64,000 nt of DNA from NCBI RefSeq assembly GCF_053078305.1, contig NZ_CP166879.1; one strand, given 5' to 3'. Under the pieces are notes generated by a model. It saw only the letters and a program-made list of their open reading frames with translations. It ran no database searches and was not told the origin of the DNA. Position 1 is the stretch's first letter. The number at the start of each line of letters is the position of its first letter. Positions 41,967 to 58,913 of this stretch are shown piece by piece. The translations under genes and the position numbers were made by a program.

Positions 41967-44408
41967 TCACTCTGCCACTTTTTTCTTCGCCGCACGCTTC
42001 GCTTTGGTCGCTGCAGCTATTTTCTGCGTTTTCGCCGATGGCTTTTTCGCTTTTCTCGCGTCTTTCTTCGCTGCTTTCGGCTTCGTTTTTTTCTCACCGC
42101 GGAAGGCGCTGTCTGGCTCAAAGTTTACCTTTTTACCGACCTGACGACGCTTGCCGCCTTTTTTACCTGTATCGCCTTTTTTCGCTTTCTCGCGCGCCGT
42201 TTTACCGACGTTGCGCGGTGCGCGTTCGCTGGAGATCAGGCTAAAGTCGATTTTGCGCTCGTCCATATTAACCGCTTCGACGCGAACTTCCACGCGATCG
42301 CCCAGACGATAAGTCTGGCCGCTGGATTCACCCATCAGGCGTTGCCCTACCTGGTCAAAGCGATAGTAGTCATTGTCCAGCGAAGAGACATGGACCAGAC
42401 CATCAATGAATAAGTCGTCCAGACGGACAAAGAATCCAAAGCCAGTGACGCTGGAAATTACGCCTTTAAAGACGTTACCTACCTGGTCGAGCATAAAGTC
42501 ACACTTCAGCCAGTCAGCCACATCGCGCGTTGCTTCGTCGGCACGACGTTCTGCCATCGAACAGTGCTGACCCAGTTGCAGCATCTCTTCCATCGAATAA
42601 TGGTAGCCGCCGGTTTCAGTGGTGTTACCCTGATGCCCCTGCTCTTTCGCCAGCAGATATTTAATGGCGCGGTGCAGCGTCAGGTCTGGATAACGACGAA
42701 TCGGCGAAGTAAAGTGCGCATAGGACTGCAATGCCAGGCCAAAGTGACCACGGTTTTCTGGATCGTAAATCGCCTGTTTCATCGAGCGCAGCAGCATGGT
42801 TTGCAGCATTTCTGCATCAGGACGATCGGCAACCGACTCCAGCAGCTCCGCGTAGTCACGCGGTTCCGGCTTGTTACCGCCCGGCAGTTCCAGCCCCAGC
42901 TCCGCCAGCACTGAACGGAAAGAGGTAATCGCTTCGGTGCTCGGCTTGTCGTGAATACGGAACAGTGCCGGTTCTTTCGCTTTCTCAACGAAACGCGCCG
43001 CCGAGATATTCGCCAGAATCATGCACTCTTCAATTAACTTGTGCGCGTCGTTACGCTGAGTCTGTTCGATACGCTCAATACGGCGTTCAGCGTTGAAAAT
43101 GAACTTCGCTTCTTCGCTCTCAAATGAGATCCCACCGCGTTCTTCACGGGCTTTATCCAGCACTTTATAGAGGTTATGCAACTCCTCGAGATGCTTAACC
43201 AGCGGGGCGTACTGCTCGCACAGATCCTGATCGCCCTGCAGAATATGCCAGACTTTGGTGTAGGTCAGACGCGCGTGAGAGCTCATCACCGCTTCGTAGA
43301 ATTTGTAGCCAGTCAGGCGGCCTTTCGACGAAACCGTCATCTCGCACACCATACACAGGCGGTCTACCTGCGGATTGAGCGAGCACAGACCGTTAGAGAG
43401 CACTTCCGGCAGCATCGGGATAACCTGCGAAGGGAAGTACACCGACGTACCACGGTTACGCGCTTCTCTGTCCAGCGGCGTTGGCGGACGCACATAGTAG
43501 CTGACGTCGGCAATCGCGACCCATAAACGCCAGCCGCCGCCGCGTTTTTTCTCGCAGTAAACTGCATCGTCAAAGTCACGGGCGTCTTCGCCATCAATGG
43601 TGACCAGCGGTAAATCGCGCAGATCAACACGGCCCGCTTTTGCTTCTTCCGGCACTTCTTCTTTCAGCCCGGCAACCTGTTGCTCAACAGCCTGCGGCCA
43701 GATGTACGGAATTTCATGGGTACGCAGAGCGATATCAACCGCCATGCCGGTGCCCATATTATCGCCAAGGACTTCGACGATTTTACCCACCGCTTTGGTG
43801 CGGCGAGTCGGACGCTGAGTCAGTTCGACTACGACCACAAAGCCCATCCGCGCGCCCATGATCTGATCGGGCGGGATTAAGATATCGAAGCTCAGACGGC
43901 TGTCGTCAGGAACCACAAAGCCGACGCCCGCTTCGGTAAAGTAGCGACCAACAATCTGGCTGGTTTTTGGCACCAGTACGCGGACAATACGCGCTTCACG
44001 ACGACCTTTACGGTCAGCACCCAGCGGCTGAGCCAGCACCTGATCGCCATGAATGCAGGTTTTCATCTGCTCGCTGGAGAGATACAAATCATCTTTACGC
44101 CCTTCAACCCGCAGAAAGCCGTAGCCATCACGGTGGCCAATAACGGTACCTTTCACCAGGTCGAGGCGTTCCGGCAGCGCATAGCACTGACGACGAGTAA
44201 AGACCAGTTGACCATCGCGCTCCATCGCGCGCAGGCGGCGACGCAGGCCTTCAAGCTGCTCTTCGCCTTCAATGTGCAGTTCTACCGCCAGCTCATCACG
44301 GCTGGCCGGTTTTTCACGTTTGGTTAAATGTTCGAGGATAAATTCCCGACTAGGGATGGGATTCGCGTATTTTTCAGCTTCGCGTTCCTGGAAAGGATCT
44401 TGTGACAT
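41967..44408 (-). CDS. rnr: Ribonuclease R
   Basis: 813 aa from [14 protein letters not shown] with RNB domain and Lys-rich C-terminal tail. Confidence 0.95.
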   Translation of the reverse strand: MSQDPFQEREAEKYANPIPSREFILEHLTKREKPASRDELAVELHIEGEEQLEGLRRRLRAMERDGQLVFTRRQCYALPERLDLVKGTVIGHRDGYGFLRVEGRKDDLYLSSEQMKTCIHGDQVLAQPLGADRKGRREARIVRVLVPKTSQIVGRYFTEAGVGFVVPDDSRLSFDILIPPDQIMGARMGFVVVVELTQRPTRRTKAVGKIVEVLGDNMGTGMAVDIALRTHEIPYIWPQAVEQQVAGLKEEVPEEAKAGRVDLRDLPLVTIDGEDARDFDDAVYCEKKRGGGWRLWVAIADVSYYVRPPTPLDREARNRGTSVYFPSQVIPMLPEVLSNGLCSLNPQVDRLCMVCEMTVSSKGRLTGYKFYEAVMSSHARLTYTKVWHILQGDQDLCEQYAPLVKHLEELHNLYKVLDKAREERGGISFESEEAKFIFNAERRIERIEQTQRNDAHKLIEECMILANISAARFVEKAKEPALFRIHDKPSTEAITSFRSVLAELGLELPGGNKPEPRDYAELLESVADRPDAEMLQTMLLRSMKQAIYDPENRGHFGLALQSYAHFTSPIRRYPDLTLHRAIKYLLAKEQGHQGNTTETGGYHYSMEEMLQLGQHCSMAERRADEATRDVADWLKCDFMLDQVGNVFKGVISSVTGFGFFVRLDDLFIDGLVHVSSLDNDYYRFDQVGQRLMGESSGQTYRLGDRVEVRVEAVNMDERKIDFSLISSERAPRNVGKTAREKAKKGDTGKKGGKRRQVGKKVNFEPDSAFRGEKKTKPKAAKKDARKAKKPSAKTQKIAAATKAKRAAKKKVAE

Positions 44409-44446
44409 CTCGGTTCCTCCGTTGTCATCTCTGATGAAGATTTTCG

Positions 44447-44872
44447 TCACTCCACCAGCAATAATTTATAAAGCGGTTGATTCTCTTCAACCAAATCGGC
44501 AAGCGTGTAGTTATCCAGTTCCGTAAGAAAACTTTGCACGGCCTTAGAAAGCGCCTGTTTCAACCGACAGGCAGGTGTAATGTGGCAAAACTCACTGCTG
44601 CAATTCACCAGCGATAAGGGCTCCAGCTCGCGCACCACATCACCAATACGTATCGCACTCGCCGGTTTACCCAGGCGAATGCCGCCATTTTTTCCACGAA
44701 CAGCAGTCACGTAGCCGGCACGACTAAGTTGATTGATTATTTTGACCATATGATTACGGGAGACGCCGTAGACGTCAGTCACTTCAGAAATACTGGTCAT
44801 CCGCCCTTCTGGCAATGACGCCATGTAGATCAGCGCACGTAATCCGTAATCAGTGAAACTCGTTAACTGCAC
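44447..44872 (-). CDS. nsrR: Nitric-oxide-sensing Rrf2-family repressor
   Basis: 141 aa. Confidence 0.9.
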
Positions 44873-45076
44873 ATCAACCTCAAAAGGGAAATCGGGAAAA
44901 AATACATTTATATTGATGATAAACCAGCCACAAGCTGTGTCGCTAATTTATTTCAGTTCGGGGAAGGAAAAAAGCGAGGATTTAACACTGTGTCGGATAG
45001 CGTAATGGCTTAACCGACACAGCAATGTATCACACTGTTAGCCCGGCAGGCAAAATATCTGCCAGGCGTACCAGAA

Positions 45077-46378
<1,302 letters not shown>

Positions 46379-46478
46379 TCAAAATCACCGTTTGCTTAAA
46401 AATGGATTCTACCATCGCTTTTTCAGAGTTACAGCACTTTTTGCACTCAAAAATGACCTCGATCAGTCTGTTTTTTGT

Positions 46479-46676
46479 TCAGCCAATCGTTTTCCTCAAC
46501 ATGTAGTAGACCACAACGCCCGCAACCACAAGTCCACCGCCAAAACGACGTAAAATATTATCGGGCAAATTGGTCATCGCAGAGATCATCTTCTTCCATG
46601 CCTTCGGGTAAAGCATCGGCCCTAAACCTTCCAGTACCAAAACCAGGGCAAGCGCCAGCCAGATTGTCGAATTCAT
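46479..46676 (-). CDS. yjeT: DUF2065-family small membrane protein
   Basis: 65 aa. Confidence 0.8.
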   Translation of the reverse strand: MNSTIWLALALVLVLEGLGPMLYPKAWKKMISAMTNLPDNILRRFGGGLVVAGVVVYYMLRKTIG

Positions 46677-46690
46677 TCATTATCCTTATA

Positions 46691-46730
46691 GAAAAAGAAA
46701 ACCACCGACATCCCTGAGGATGCGGTGGCT
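46691..46730 (-). terminator. Rho-independent terminator downstream of hflC
   Basis: On the minus strand, hairpin ccaccgcatcc ... ggatgtcggtgg followed by a T-rich tract. Confidence 0.6.
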
Positions 46731-46757
46731 TTATTGACCTGTACCGCAGTCGTTATA

Positions 46758-47762
46758 TTAACGCGTTGCGGAAGTCGGCGTCTTCATGTAGCGGAAGAAA
46801 TCGCTATCCGGGCTCATGACCATCACGTCCTGATTGCCAGAGAAGCTGTTCTCATAAGCACGCAGGCTACGGATGAATGCGTAGAAGTCCGGATCTTTAC
46901 TGAATGCATCAGCAAACAGTTTGGCTGCTTCGGCATCGCCTTCACCACGCATGATACGGCCCTGACGCTCAGCTTCTGCCAGCGTTCTGGTCACTTCATA
47001 GTCGGCAGTCGCGCGCAGTTTTTCCGCTTCTTCCTGACCTTGTGAACGGTGACGACGCGCTACCGCTTCACGCTCGGCGCGCATACGGTTGTAGATCGCT
47101 TCAGACACTTCGGTCGGCAGGTTGATCTGCTTGATACGCACATCGACAACTTCAATACCCAGCGCCGCCATACTGTTCGGGTTGATGACCGGAACTTTGC
47201 CCTTCGTCTCAGCCGTTACGCGCTCTGCCGCTTCGGCAATGGCGTTATCTGCCGCCGGGGTAGTAACTTCATCTTCTGTACCCGCAGAACCGGAGTTCAG
47301 CGCGTCACGTACTTCGAGGGTCAGACGACCACGGGAATCAGTGACGATATCTTTCACGTCCAGGCGACCAATTTCAGAACGCAGACGGTCAGAGAACTTA
47401 CGTTTCAACAGCACTTCCGCTTGCGAAATGTCGCCACCACCCGTTGCCAGGTAGTAACGGCTGAAATCGCTGATGCGCCATTTGATGTAAGAGTCGACGA
47501 TCAGGTCTTTCTTCTCTTTGGTCACAAAGCGGTCGGCCTGGTTGTCCATGGTCTGAATACGTGCGTCGAGCATTTTCACCGTTTCAATGAACGGTATCTT
47601 GAAATGCAGACCCGGCTCATAAACCAGAGGTTTGTTGTCATCGTCACGCAGTACCTTACCAAAACGCAGCGTAATACCGCGCTCACCTTCTTTGACGACA
47701 AAGACAGACATGTAAAGCACTACCAGCACGATGATAATAATCGCGATAACTGACTTACGCAT
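46758..47762 (-). CDS. hflC: FtsH protease modulator HflC
   Basis: 334 aa SPFH-domain protein. Confidence 0.95.
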   Translation of the reverse strand: MRKSVIAIIIIVLVVLYMSVFVVKEGERGITLRFGKVLRDDDNKPLVYEPGLHFKIPFIETVKMLDARIQTMDNQADRFVTKEKKDLIVDSYIKWRISDFSRYYLATGGGDISQAEVLLKRKFSDRLRSEIGRLDVKDIVTDSRGRLTLEVRDALNSGSAGTEDEVTTPAADNAIAEAAERVTAETKGKVPVINPNSMAALGIEVVDVRIKQINLPTEVSEAIYNRMRAEREAVARRHRSQGQEEAEKLRATADYEVTRTLAEAERQGRIMRGEGDAEAAKLFADAFSKDPDFYAFIRSLRAYENSFSGNQDVMVMSPDSDFFRYMKTPTSATR

Positions 47763-47764
47763 CG

Positions 47765-49024
47765 TTATTCCCCCTGACGCTGGTAGTCGTTACGCTGCGC
47801 GTTGGCGCGGCGTTGGTCCATAATATCGCCCTGACTGGTGGACGACGTGTTGCTTGCTCCACTGGTTGTGGAGGAAGAGGCTGGCGGCAGACGCAGCAGA
47901 TTGCTGGCACCGTTATCGCTCTTCGCTGCAGGGGCGTTACCACCTTTCAGCATCTGGTCTAACGGCAGAACCATCAGGTTGCCACCTTTATCGTTAACCA
48001 GCACTTTGCGGGTGTTGCCCAACACTTTTTCCATCGTCTCGATATACAGACGCTCGCGAGTAATTTCCGGCGCAGCTTTATATTCCGGCAGAAGTTTAGC
48101 AAAGCGCGCCACTTCACCCTGGGCTTCCAGGATGGTCTGGGCCTTGTACGCACGCGCCTCTTCGAGGATACGTTGCGCCTGACCGTTCGCACGCGGCTGA
48201 ACTTCGTTGGTATACGCTTCTGCTTCACGAATGTATTGCTGTTCGTTTTCACGCGCGGCAATCGCATCGTCAAACGCCGCTTTTACTTCTTCCGGCGGAC
48301 GAGCAGCCTGGAAGTTGACGTCCAGCAGCGTGATACCCATGTCATACGGACGAATCGTCTCTTCCAGTTCGCGCTGAGTATCGCTACGAATCACGGTACG
48401 ACCTTCCGTCAGAATGCGGTCCATGGTGTATTTACCGATAACTCCACGCAGGGCGCTGTCGGTAGCCTGACGCAGGCTGTCATCCGGGCTGGTCACGCTA
48501 TACAGATATTTTTCCGGATTGGTGACGCGGTACTGCACGTTCATCTCAACGCGCACTACGTTCTCGTCCGACGTCAGCATCACACCAGAAGCGGCCAGTT
48601 CACGCACGGCTTCCACGTTCACCGGTTTGACTTCGTCGATAAACGTCGGTTTCCAGTTCAGACCCGGCTCAACCAGATGGCTGAATTTACCAAAGCGTGT
48701 TACCACGCCGCGTTCGGCTTCTTTAATGGTATAGAAACCACTGGCCGCCCAGATAATGACAATCGCTGCCGCTGCGATGGTAACGACACGACCGCCAAGC
48801 TGCGGGCGCGGGCCTTGCGATGAACTGCCACCGCCAGATCCGGTGCCTTTACCGCCGCCCAGACCACCGAGCTTTTTGCTCAGTTTGCGGAAGATATCAT
48901 CTAAATCAGGTGGCCCTTGATCGCGACCGCCTTTGTTTCCATTTCCCTCAGAGTTGCCGCCAGGTTTGCTGCTTCCCCACGGGTCGCGGTCTTGTCCGTT
49001 ATTACCGGGCTGATTCCACGCCAT
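47765..49024 (-). CDS. hflK: FtsH protease modulator HflK
   Basis: 419 aa SPFH-domain protein with Gly-rich N-terminus. Confidence 0.95.
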   Translation of the reverse strand: MAWNQPGNNGQDRDPWGSSKPGGNSEGNGNKGGRDQGPPDLDDIFRKLSKKLGGLGGGKGTGSGGGSSSQGPRPQLGGRVVTIAAAAIVIIWAASGFYTIKEAERGVVTRFGKFSHLVEPGLNWKPTFIDEVKPVNVEAVRELAASGVMLTSDENVVRVEMNVQYRVTNPEKYLYSVTSPDDSLRQATDSALRGVIGKYTMDRILTEGRTVIRSDTQRELEETIRPYDMGITLLDVNFQAARPPEEVKAAFDDAIAARENEQQYIREAEAYTNEVQPRANGQAQRILEEARAYKAQTILEAQGEVARFAKLLPEYKAAPEITRERLYIETMEKVLGNTRKVLVNDKGGNLMVLPLDQMLKGGNAPAAKSDNGASNLLRLPPASSSTTSGASNTSSTSQGDIMDQRRANAQRNDYQRQGE

Positions 49025-49109
49025 GTTTGTGCTCCATATTTGTTATGCGGTGATCCCTGTTGTCTTTCGACGCCAGAGGATATGACTCCACGCTTCAGAC
49101 GCTACGCCG

Positions 49110-50390
49110 TTAGATCAGGTAATCGATCAACGCCGGTTCTTGTTTACAGAGGCGACGCCAGTCAACGATCGGCATACGAACTTGCAGACTTACGCTGCCG
49201 TCCTCCTCCATCCACTCTTTTTCTATTGCCTGAAGCTGATAAAAACGACTTCTCAGACGCCCTTCCTGCGGTGGCAGACGCAATGTATGCTGCGCCACCT
49301 CGCCGGAAAGCCGCTCCGTCAAAGCCTGAAAAAGCTGTGGTATCCCCGCTCCGGTCTGTGCGGAAAGCCAGACACGGATCGGTTTGTTCTCTTCGTCCCG
49401 ATCAATACGCGGTTCGAAATCTTCCAGCATATCGATCTTGTTCATCACCAGCAGGGTTGGGATCTCGTGAGCGTCGATCTCTTCAAGAACCGTATTCACC
49501 GCTTCGATGTTTTCTTGTACACGCACATCCGCCGCATCAATGACATGCAGCAGTAATGTGGCTTGCCGCGTCTCTTGTAACGTGGCTTTAAATGCTGCCA
49601 CCAGATCGTGCGGCAGGTGGCGAATAAACCCTACGGTATCTGCCAACACGGTTTCACCGACATCTGCAACGTCAATACGCCGCAACGTCGGGTCGAGGGT
49701 GGCAAACAACTGGTCTGCCGCGTAGACCCGCGCTTCGGTGATGCGATTGAAAAGGGTAGATTTACCGGCGTTGGTATATCCCACCAGCGAAACAGTAGGA
49801 ACGTCGGCTTTGATACGCGATTGCCGCCCCTGCTCACGCTGCTTTTCAACTCTTTCCAGGCGCGACTGTATCTGCACGATGCGATTACGCAACAAACGAC
49901 GGTCGGTTTCGAGCTGGGTTTCACCCGGACCACGCAAACCTATCCCGCCTTTCTGTCTTTCAAGGTGGGTCCAGCCACGCACCAGGCGCGTAGCCAGATG
50001 GCGCAGCTGCGCCAGCTCAACCTGCAACTTACCCTCATGGGTACGCGCACGTTGGGCGAAAATATCTAAAATAAGGCCGGTGCGGTCGATAACACGACAC
50101 TCGCACAAACGCTCCAGGTTACGCTCTTGCGCCGGGCTCAGGGCATGGTCAAAAAGAACGACCGAAGCACCCGTCGCTTTGACAGCTTCCGCAATTTCAA
50201 CTGCTTTACCTTCACCTACAAAATACTTTGGGTGCGGCGCTTTACGGCTACCGGTAATCACCTGCAATGCTTCGACACCGGCGGAAGAGACCAGAGATTC
50301 AAACTCCTGGAGGTCTTCCATATCTTTGTCTTGCGTAAAATAGATGTGTACCAGTACCGCCTGCTCACCAGCATCATAACGGTCAAACAA
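49110..50390 (-). CDS. hflX: Ribosome-associated GTPase HflX
   Basis: 426 aa with [10 protein letters not shown]-loop. Confidence 0.95.
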   Translation of the reverse strand: MFDRYDAGEQAVLVHIYFTQDKDMEDLQEFESLVSSAGVEALQVITGSRKAPHPKYFVGEGKAVEIAEAVKATGASVVLFDHALSPAQERNLERLCECRVIDRTGLILDIFAQRARTHEGKLQVELAQLRHLATRLVRGWTHLERQKGGIGLRGPGETQLETDRRLLRNRIVQIQSRLERVEKQREQGRQSRIKADVPTVSLVGYTNAGKSTLFNRITEARVYAADQLFATLDPTLRRIDVADVGETVLADTVGFIRHLPHDLVAAFKATLQETRQATLLLHVIDAADVRVQENIEAVNTVLEEIDAHEIPTLLVMNKIDMLEDFEPRIDRDEENKPIRVWLSAQTGAGIPQLFQALTERLSGEVAQHTLRLPPQEGRLRSRFYQLQAIEKEWMEEDGSVSLQVRMPIVDWRRLCKQEPALIDYLI

Positions 50391-50443
50391 GCGTATAACC
50401 CTCTAAATAGATCAGCGGGGAACGCAGGATCGCTGGCTCCCCG

Positions 50444-50787
<344 letters not shown>

Positions 50788-50860
50788 TTATATGCTTATT
50801 TGTACTTTGAACCTTTCGATTCTGAAAAAATTGCGCACGATACGTCTCAATTGTACACAT

Positions 50861-51811
50861 TCAGCCTGCGATAGCACCAACAACCTGTAATACTTCGTCA
50901 CGCGCCTGTTCTGGTTTTTCACTATCAAGCCAGTGAACCCCTTCCCAACCACGCAGCCAGGTTATCTGCCGCTTCGCCAACTGTCTCGTGGCGCAAACAC
51001 CTCGATAAACCATTTCATCGTATGAGATTTCGCCTTCAAGGTAAGACCACATCTGGCGATAACCCACGCAACGAATGGAAGGCAAGTCCGTATGCAAATC
51101 TCCTCGGGCAAAAAGCGCCCGGACTTCTGCTTCAAAACCTGAAGCCAACATCTGATGAAAACGCTGCTCAATGCGTTGATGGAGCAGTTCACGGCTCGCC
51201 GGGGCGATGGCGAACTGATGCACCTGATACGGTAGAGCGTCTCCTGACGTTTGCGTCAGTTCCGTTAAAGTTTTACCCGAAATGAAAAAAACTTCCAGTG
51301 CCCGGGAAAGCCTTTGTGGATCATTTGGATGAATCCTTGCTGCCGCAACCGGATCGATCTCCTGAAGTTGACGATGCAATGACTCCCAACCTTGCTCTGC
51401 CGCCTGTTGCTCAATTCTGGCCCGTACTTCCGGGTCTGCCGACGGTAGCGGCGACAACCCTTCCAGCAATGCCTTGAAATACAACATCGTACCGCCCACT
51501 AACAGTGGGATCCGCCCCGCCGCGGTGATATCGGCCATTTCCGCCAGCGCATCGCGGCGAAAATCAGCAGCCGAGTAAGCCTGCGACGGATCGCGAATAT
51601 CCAGCAATCGGTGCGGCGCGGCGAGTAACTCTTCAGCGTTCGGCTTCGCCGTCCCGATATCCATCCCTTTGTAAATAAGGGCAGAATCAACGCTTATCAA
51701 CTCTACTGGTAAAATTTTACGCAGCTCAATGGCTAACGCCGTTTTACCGGAGGCCGTCGGCCCCATCAAAAAAATCGCCTTAGGCAGGCTCGCCTTACTG
51801 ATATCACTCAT
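50861..51811 (-). CDS. miaA: tRNA dimethylallyltransferase
   Basis: 316 aa with GPTASGKT P-loop. Confidence 0.95.
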
Positions 51812-53651
51812 CTTTCAGGGCTTTTATCGCCGGATGTAAATCAACAGATTGTAACAGACCACCCGGCGGCGTTTTCACAAGTTGCGGACATAACCGTTCC
51901 ACGTCCGCCAGCAGGGTTATGGCCTGTGCCATTGACCACTGCGCATGTTCGCTCATCAGATTTCGTGCAATCCACTGCGCAATATTGCCAGGTTCGAATA
52001 CGGACTGCTTCGCCAGGTAGCCTATCAGTTCAGGAATCAAGATTTGTAAATTTTGTTGGCGTAAGGGTAAAGGCACGGCCCTGATGGTCACATGCTGTGC
52101 ATCTGACTGGAAATCAATACCCAATTCCGCCAGGGCAGACTGCGCTTTTTCTAATGCCGATTTTTCTTCGCCAGAAACTTTTAGCCGCAACGGAATCAGC
52201 AACGGCTGGGCGCAAACGGGCGCTTCACCCGGCGTCAGTTGTACCTGACGCAGCCAACGTTCTGCCACTGGCAAGGCTAAAAGTGAAATGTTGCCGTCGC
52301 GCTCCAGCAACGCACAGTCGGAATGGACGATAGTCAGTACCCGACCAAAACTCTGACTGTTCGCCGCAAGTGCAGGTTCCTGCGGTTCCGGCGCTTTTGG
52401 TTTTTGCATCGGCGCGGGCGTTTGCAAAAGCTGGCGATACACTTCACCTTGCTGTTTCTGGTAACCTGGCTGCGCATTCGGCCAGGGGGCAGCCGGACGA
52501 CTGCCTGATGCTGGCGCAGGAGTGTAGCGCGGAGCTACTGGCTCACGAACTGCCGGTTCAGCAAAGTGATTGCGCCCCGCCGCCACGCGGTTTTCCGGAA
52601 TGGCACGCGGTGCAGGTTGTGGTTCATCGTCCAGCGGTAGCGGCGTTTCCAGTTGCTGTTGTAGCACGCTCAGCACGCCCTGATAGATAAAATCATGCAC
52701 CAGACGCGACTGATGGAAACGCACTTCGTGTTTGGCGGGGTGTACGTTGACGTCCACCTGATGCGGGTCGATCTCCAGATACAGCACAAATGCCGGTTGT
52801 TGATCGGCCCCCAGTTTGTCTTCACAGGCCTGGCGGATCGCATGATTGATCAGGCGATCGCGCATCATGCGACCATTCACGTAGCAATACTGAATTTCTG
52901 CCAGGGCGGGCGTGGTGTGATTCGGATCGGCCACCCAGCCGCGCAGGGTGAGATCGCCGTGTTGCCATTCAATCGCCAGCGCTTGTTCGAGAAAAGCGGT
53001 GCCACAAATCGCGCCTAAGCGCCGTTCTTTTTGCCCGCCTTCCGGCACTGCGCGGTACTGACGCACAATTTTACCGTTATGCGACAGGTTGATCGTGACG
53101 TCGAAACGCGCCAGCGCAATGCGGCGGATGATTTCATCGATATGGTTAAATTCGGTTTTCTCGGTGCGCAGGAATTTGCGCCGCGCCGGGGTGTTGTAGA
53201 ACAGATCCAGCACCTCCAGCGTCGTTCCCACCGGATGCGCCGCCGGTTTAACCGTCACGTCCATATCGCGCCCTTCGGCATAGGCCTGCCAGGCTTCCTG
53301 CTGTTCTGCGGTGCGTGAAGTGAGCGTCAGGCGGGAAACCGAACTGATACTCGCCAGCGCCTCACCGCGAAAGCCAAGGCTGATAATGGCTTCGAGATCG
53401 TCCAGAGAGGCGATTTTACTGGTGGCATGACGAGCCAGCGCCAGCGCCAGCTCATCTTTTTTGATACCGCAGCCGTTATCACGAATGCGGATAAGTTTCG
53501 CCCCACCGCGTTCGATATCAATATCGATACGCGTCGCACCTGCATCGAGGCTGTTTTCCACCAGTTCTTTGACTACCGACGCAGGTCGCTCGACCACCTC
53601 ACCTGCGGCAATCTGGTTCGCCAGTTGTGGCGGTAAGACCTGAATTGGCAT
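51804..53651 (-). CDS. mutL: DNA mismatch repair protein MutL
   Basis: 615 aa from [23 protein letters not shown]. Confidence 0.95.
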
Positions 53652-53660
53652 CAATCGTCC

Positions 53661-54998
53661 TTAGTTTGGCAGCGTGCGATCTGGCGTCGTCACCGTACTG
53701 GCAGTTTGTGCCGTTGCCCCCTGCGGCGCAGATTGCATCGGATGCGCAAGGAAATAATTGCGCAGGCCTTTGTAAATGGCTTCTGCCAGCTGTTGTTGGT
53801 AATCGTCGCTCGCCAGCAAACGTTCTTCGCTGTTGTTGCTGATAAAACCGGTTTCGACCAGTACTGATGGGATATCCGGCGAACGCAGAACGCCAAGGCT
53901 GGCATGTTCTGGCCGACGTTTATGTATTTCGCCAATGCGTTGCAACTGACTGATCATACTGGTCGCTACATCATACCCTACCCGCTGGGAATGACCGAAC
54001 TGTAAATCCAGCACCGCCTGGCTTAAATAGGGGTCAGACTGACTGTTCGCCAGCACATCACCCGCCCCGCCCAGCAGCTCCGACTGTTTCTCGTGCTGCT
54101 CCAGCCAGCTGGCCATTTCGCTGTTGGCGCGACGGTTAGAGAGCACCCATACGGAAGCGCCAGTCGCACTGCGGTTCGGTGCGGCATCAGCGTGAATCGA
54201 CACGAGGAAATTGGCGTTTTGCTTACGTGCCACATCACTGCGCCCCATCACCGAGATAAAGTAATCCCCGTCACGGGTTAAAACGCCTTTAAACATCGGA
54301 TCGTCATTGAGCAAAGTACGCAATTTACGCGCGATGGCGATGGTAACATTTTTCTCCCGCGTACCACCGGGGCCGATAGCGCCAGGGTCCTGACCGCCGT
54401 GTCCGGCATCAATAGCGATGATAATTTTATCGCCAGTGTTAGCCGTCGCGCGCGCTGCCGGACGCGTTACCGTATTACTGCTGATAACACCCGTAGTGCG
54501 GTTACTTTCCATTTTAAACGGATTGCGCGCCGGTTCGCTGACGCGCGGTGCGACAACCGCAGGCGTTTCAACGCGTTTCGCAACCACGGGCGGCGGAGGA
54601 GGCGGTGGCGGCACATCGGCGTTAATCGTAAAGACGACAGTGTAATTGCTGCCATTCTGCCGCTTCACCGCTTCGGTTTTACCGTTTTCGGTAAGATCGA
54701 CCACCAGCCGTAGCGTTTGTGCATCTTTAGGCGTTCCAGAGCGAATCGCCTTCACCAGATTATTGCCGCTGAACAACAACGGCAGTCCCTGAATCACGCC
54801 CGTTTGTTTGATATCGAGCGCCACGGTGCGTTTGCTTTGATGGCTAAACGCATAATCAGGATCGCCAATAAAACTCAACGTTATCCGCGCCTGTTGATTA
54901 CCGTTAGAAACCTGAATATCAGAGAGCGTCGCGGCACCCACCTGCGCGCACAGCAGCAGCAACGTCGCTACCAACCAATTTCTGATGCGATACATCAT
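53661..54998 (-). CDS. amiB: N-acetylmuramoyl-L-alanine amidase AmiB
   Basis: 445 aa from [10 protein letters not shown]; contains an eight-proline run. Confidence 0.9.
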   Translation of the reverse strand: MMYRIRNWLVATLLLLCAQVGAATLSDIQVSNGNQQARITLSFIGDPDYAFSHQSKRTVALDIKQTGVIQGLPLLFSGNNLVKAIRSGTPKDAQTLRLVVDLTENGKTEAVKRQNGSNYTVVFTINADVPPPPPPPPVVAKRVETPAVVAPRVSEPARNPFKMESNRTTGVISSNTVTRPAARATANTGDKIIIAIDAGHGGQDPGAIGPGGTREKNVTIAIARKLRTLLNDDPMFKGVLTRDGDYFISVMGRSDVARKQNANFLVSIHADAAPNRSATGASVWVLSNRRANSEMASWLEQHEKQSELLGGAGDVLANSQSDPYLSQAVLDLQFGHSQRVGYDVATSMISQLQRIGEIHKRRPEHASLGVLRSPDIPSVLVETGFISNNSEERLLASDDYQQQLAEAIYKGLRNYFLAHPMQSAPQGATAQTASTVTTPDRTLPN

Positions 54999-55016
54999 CC
55001 CGCCACCTTTCAAAGG

Positions 55017-56995
<1,979 letters not shown>

Positions 56996-56997
<2 letters not shown>

Positions 56998-58135
56998 GTC
57001 AGAGCCCCTCGATCTCAATCAGTTAGCGCAAAAAATTAAACAGTGGGGGCTGGAACTGGGCTTTCAGCAGGTAGGTATTACCGATACCGATCTCAGCGAG
57101 TCCGAGCCCAAACTGCAAGCATGGCTGGACAAACAATACCACGGCGAAATGGACTGGATGGCACGTCACGGTATGTTGCGCGCCCGCCCTCACGAATTAT
57201 TGCCCGGTACGCTGCGCGTGATCAGCGTGCGGATGAATTACCTTCCTGCTAACGCCGCATTTGCCAGCACGCTGAAAAACCCCAAACTCGGCTATGTCAG
57301 CCGTTATGCGCTGGGCCGTGACTATCACAAACTTCTGCGCAACCGACTCAAAAAGCTGGGCGAGATGATTCAGCAACATTGTGTTTCGCTGAATTTTAGA
57401 CCGTTTGTCGATTCTGCGCCTATTCTCGAGCGCCCGTTAGCTGAAAAAGCTGGGCTCGGCTGGACAGGTAAGCACTCACTTATCCTCAATCGCGAGGCCG
57501 GTTCGTTCTTCTTTTTAGGCGAATTGCTGGTCGATATTCCGCTGCCCGTGGATCAACCAGTCGAGGAAGGATGCGGCAAATGCGTGGCCTGTATGACGAT
57601 TTGCCCGACCGGTGCCATCGTCGAGCCATATACCGTCGATGCTCGCCGCTGTATCTCTTATCTCACCATCGAACTGGAAGGGGCGATCCCGGAAGGGTTG
57701 CGACCGTTAATGGGAAACCGTATTTACGGTTGCGATGACTGCCAGCTTATCTGCCCGTGGAATCGCTATTCACAACTCACTACAGAAGACGATTTCAGCC
57801 CGCGTAAGCCGCTACACGCACCGGAACTCATTGAGTTATTCGCCTGGAGCGAAGAGAAGTTTTTAAAAGTCACGGAAGGTTCGGCGATTCGCCGTATAGG
57901 TCACCTGCGCTGGCTGCGTAATATCGCCGTGGCATTAGGCAATGCGCCCTGGGATGAAACGATTCTGGCGGCGCTGGAGAGTCGCAAAGGTGAGCACCCA
58001 CTTCTTGATGAGCACATAGCGTGGGCGATGGCGCAGCAAATCGAGAGGCGAAATGCGTGCATAGTCGAAGTGCAATTGCCGAAAAAACAGCGTCTGGTTC
58101 GGGTGATTGAAAAAGGGTTACCGCGTGACGCCTGA
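56996..58135 (+). CDS. queG: Epoxyqueuosine reductase
   Basis: 379 aa from MSEPLDLNQ; Cys clusters CGKCVACMTICP and CDDCQLICP; start overlaps the divergent nnr start. Confidence 0.9.
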
Positions 58136-58404
58136 TTCATCCACAGCTTGTGAATAAAAATAAAAACGCATTGCAATTCAAGACGAATAAAATCGTCAAG
58201 TGATCGACTCGACAAAACGGAATCTTAATTTTTAACTTACCTATCAATAGGTTAAAAAAATACTATTCACCGTGCGAAGTTTCTTTGAAATTAAGATTAC
58301 AGCCTGAGGCTGTGGATAACTCTGTTTACAAGAGTTTGTCAGAGACAACAAAAACCAGCAATAACGCATCGCGTCGCTGTGGATATTTTATTGAGAGAAG
58401 AATT

Positions 58405-58480
<76 letters not shown>

Positions 58481-58515
58481 TTGGGTGGTCTGTGCCTTAC
58501 AGCACTTTCAAATTT

Positions 58516-58591
<76 letters not shown>

Positions 58592-58627
58592 TTGGGTGGT
58601 CTGTGCTTTGCAGCACTTTTCAAATTT

Positions 58628-58703
<76 letters not shown>

Positions 58704-58913
58704 GTACTACTTAATTTTGCTTTCGTAATTTTCGCATTTCTGCGTCGTTACGGGAGGCGCATTATACGAGAAATCTTTCCCTCTGCAACCCCCCTAAAAA
58801 ATTTTTTTTGAGTTTTTATCTCAAGTGCTGAAATTATCAGCAAGACGTTCAATTTAGCGTCAAAATCACGCCGCCGCAAGTGGATTCCGGCGCTTACGTG
58901 ACCAGCAAAAATT

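Noticed and set aside
47049-48823. Plus-strand ORFs of 234 aa and 216 aa antisense to hflC and hflK
   Set aside because: Antisense to conserved, correctly sized hflK and hflC; no independent support.
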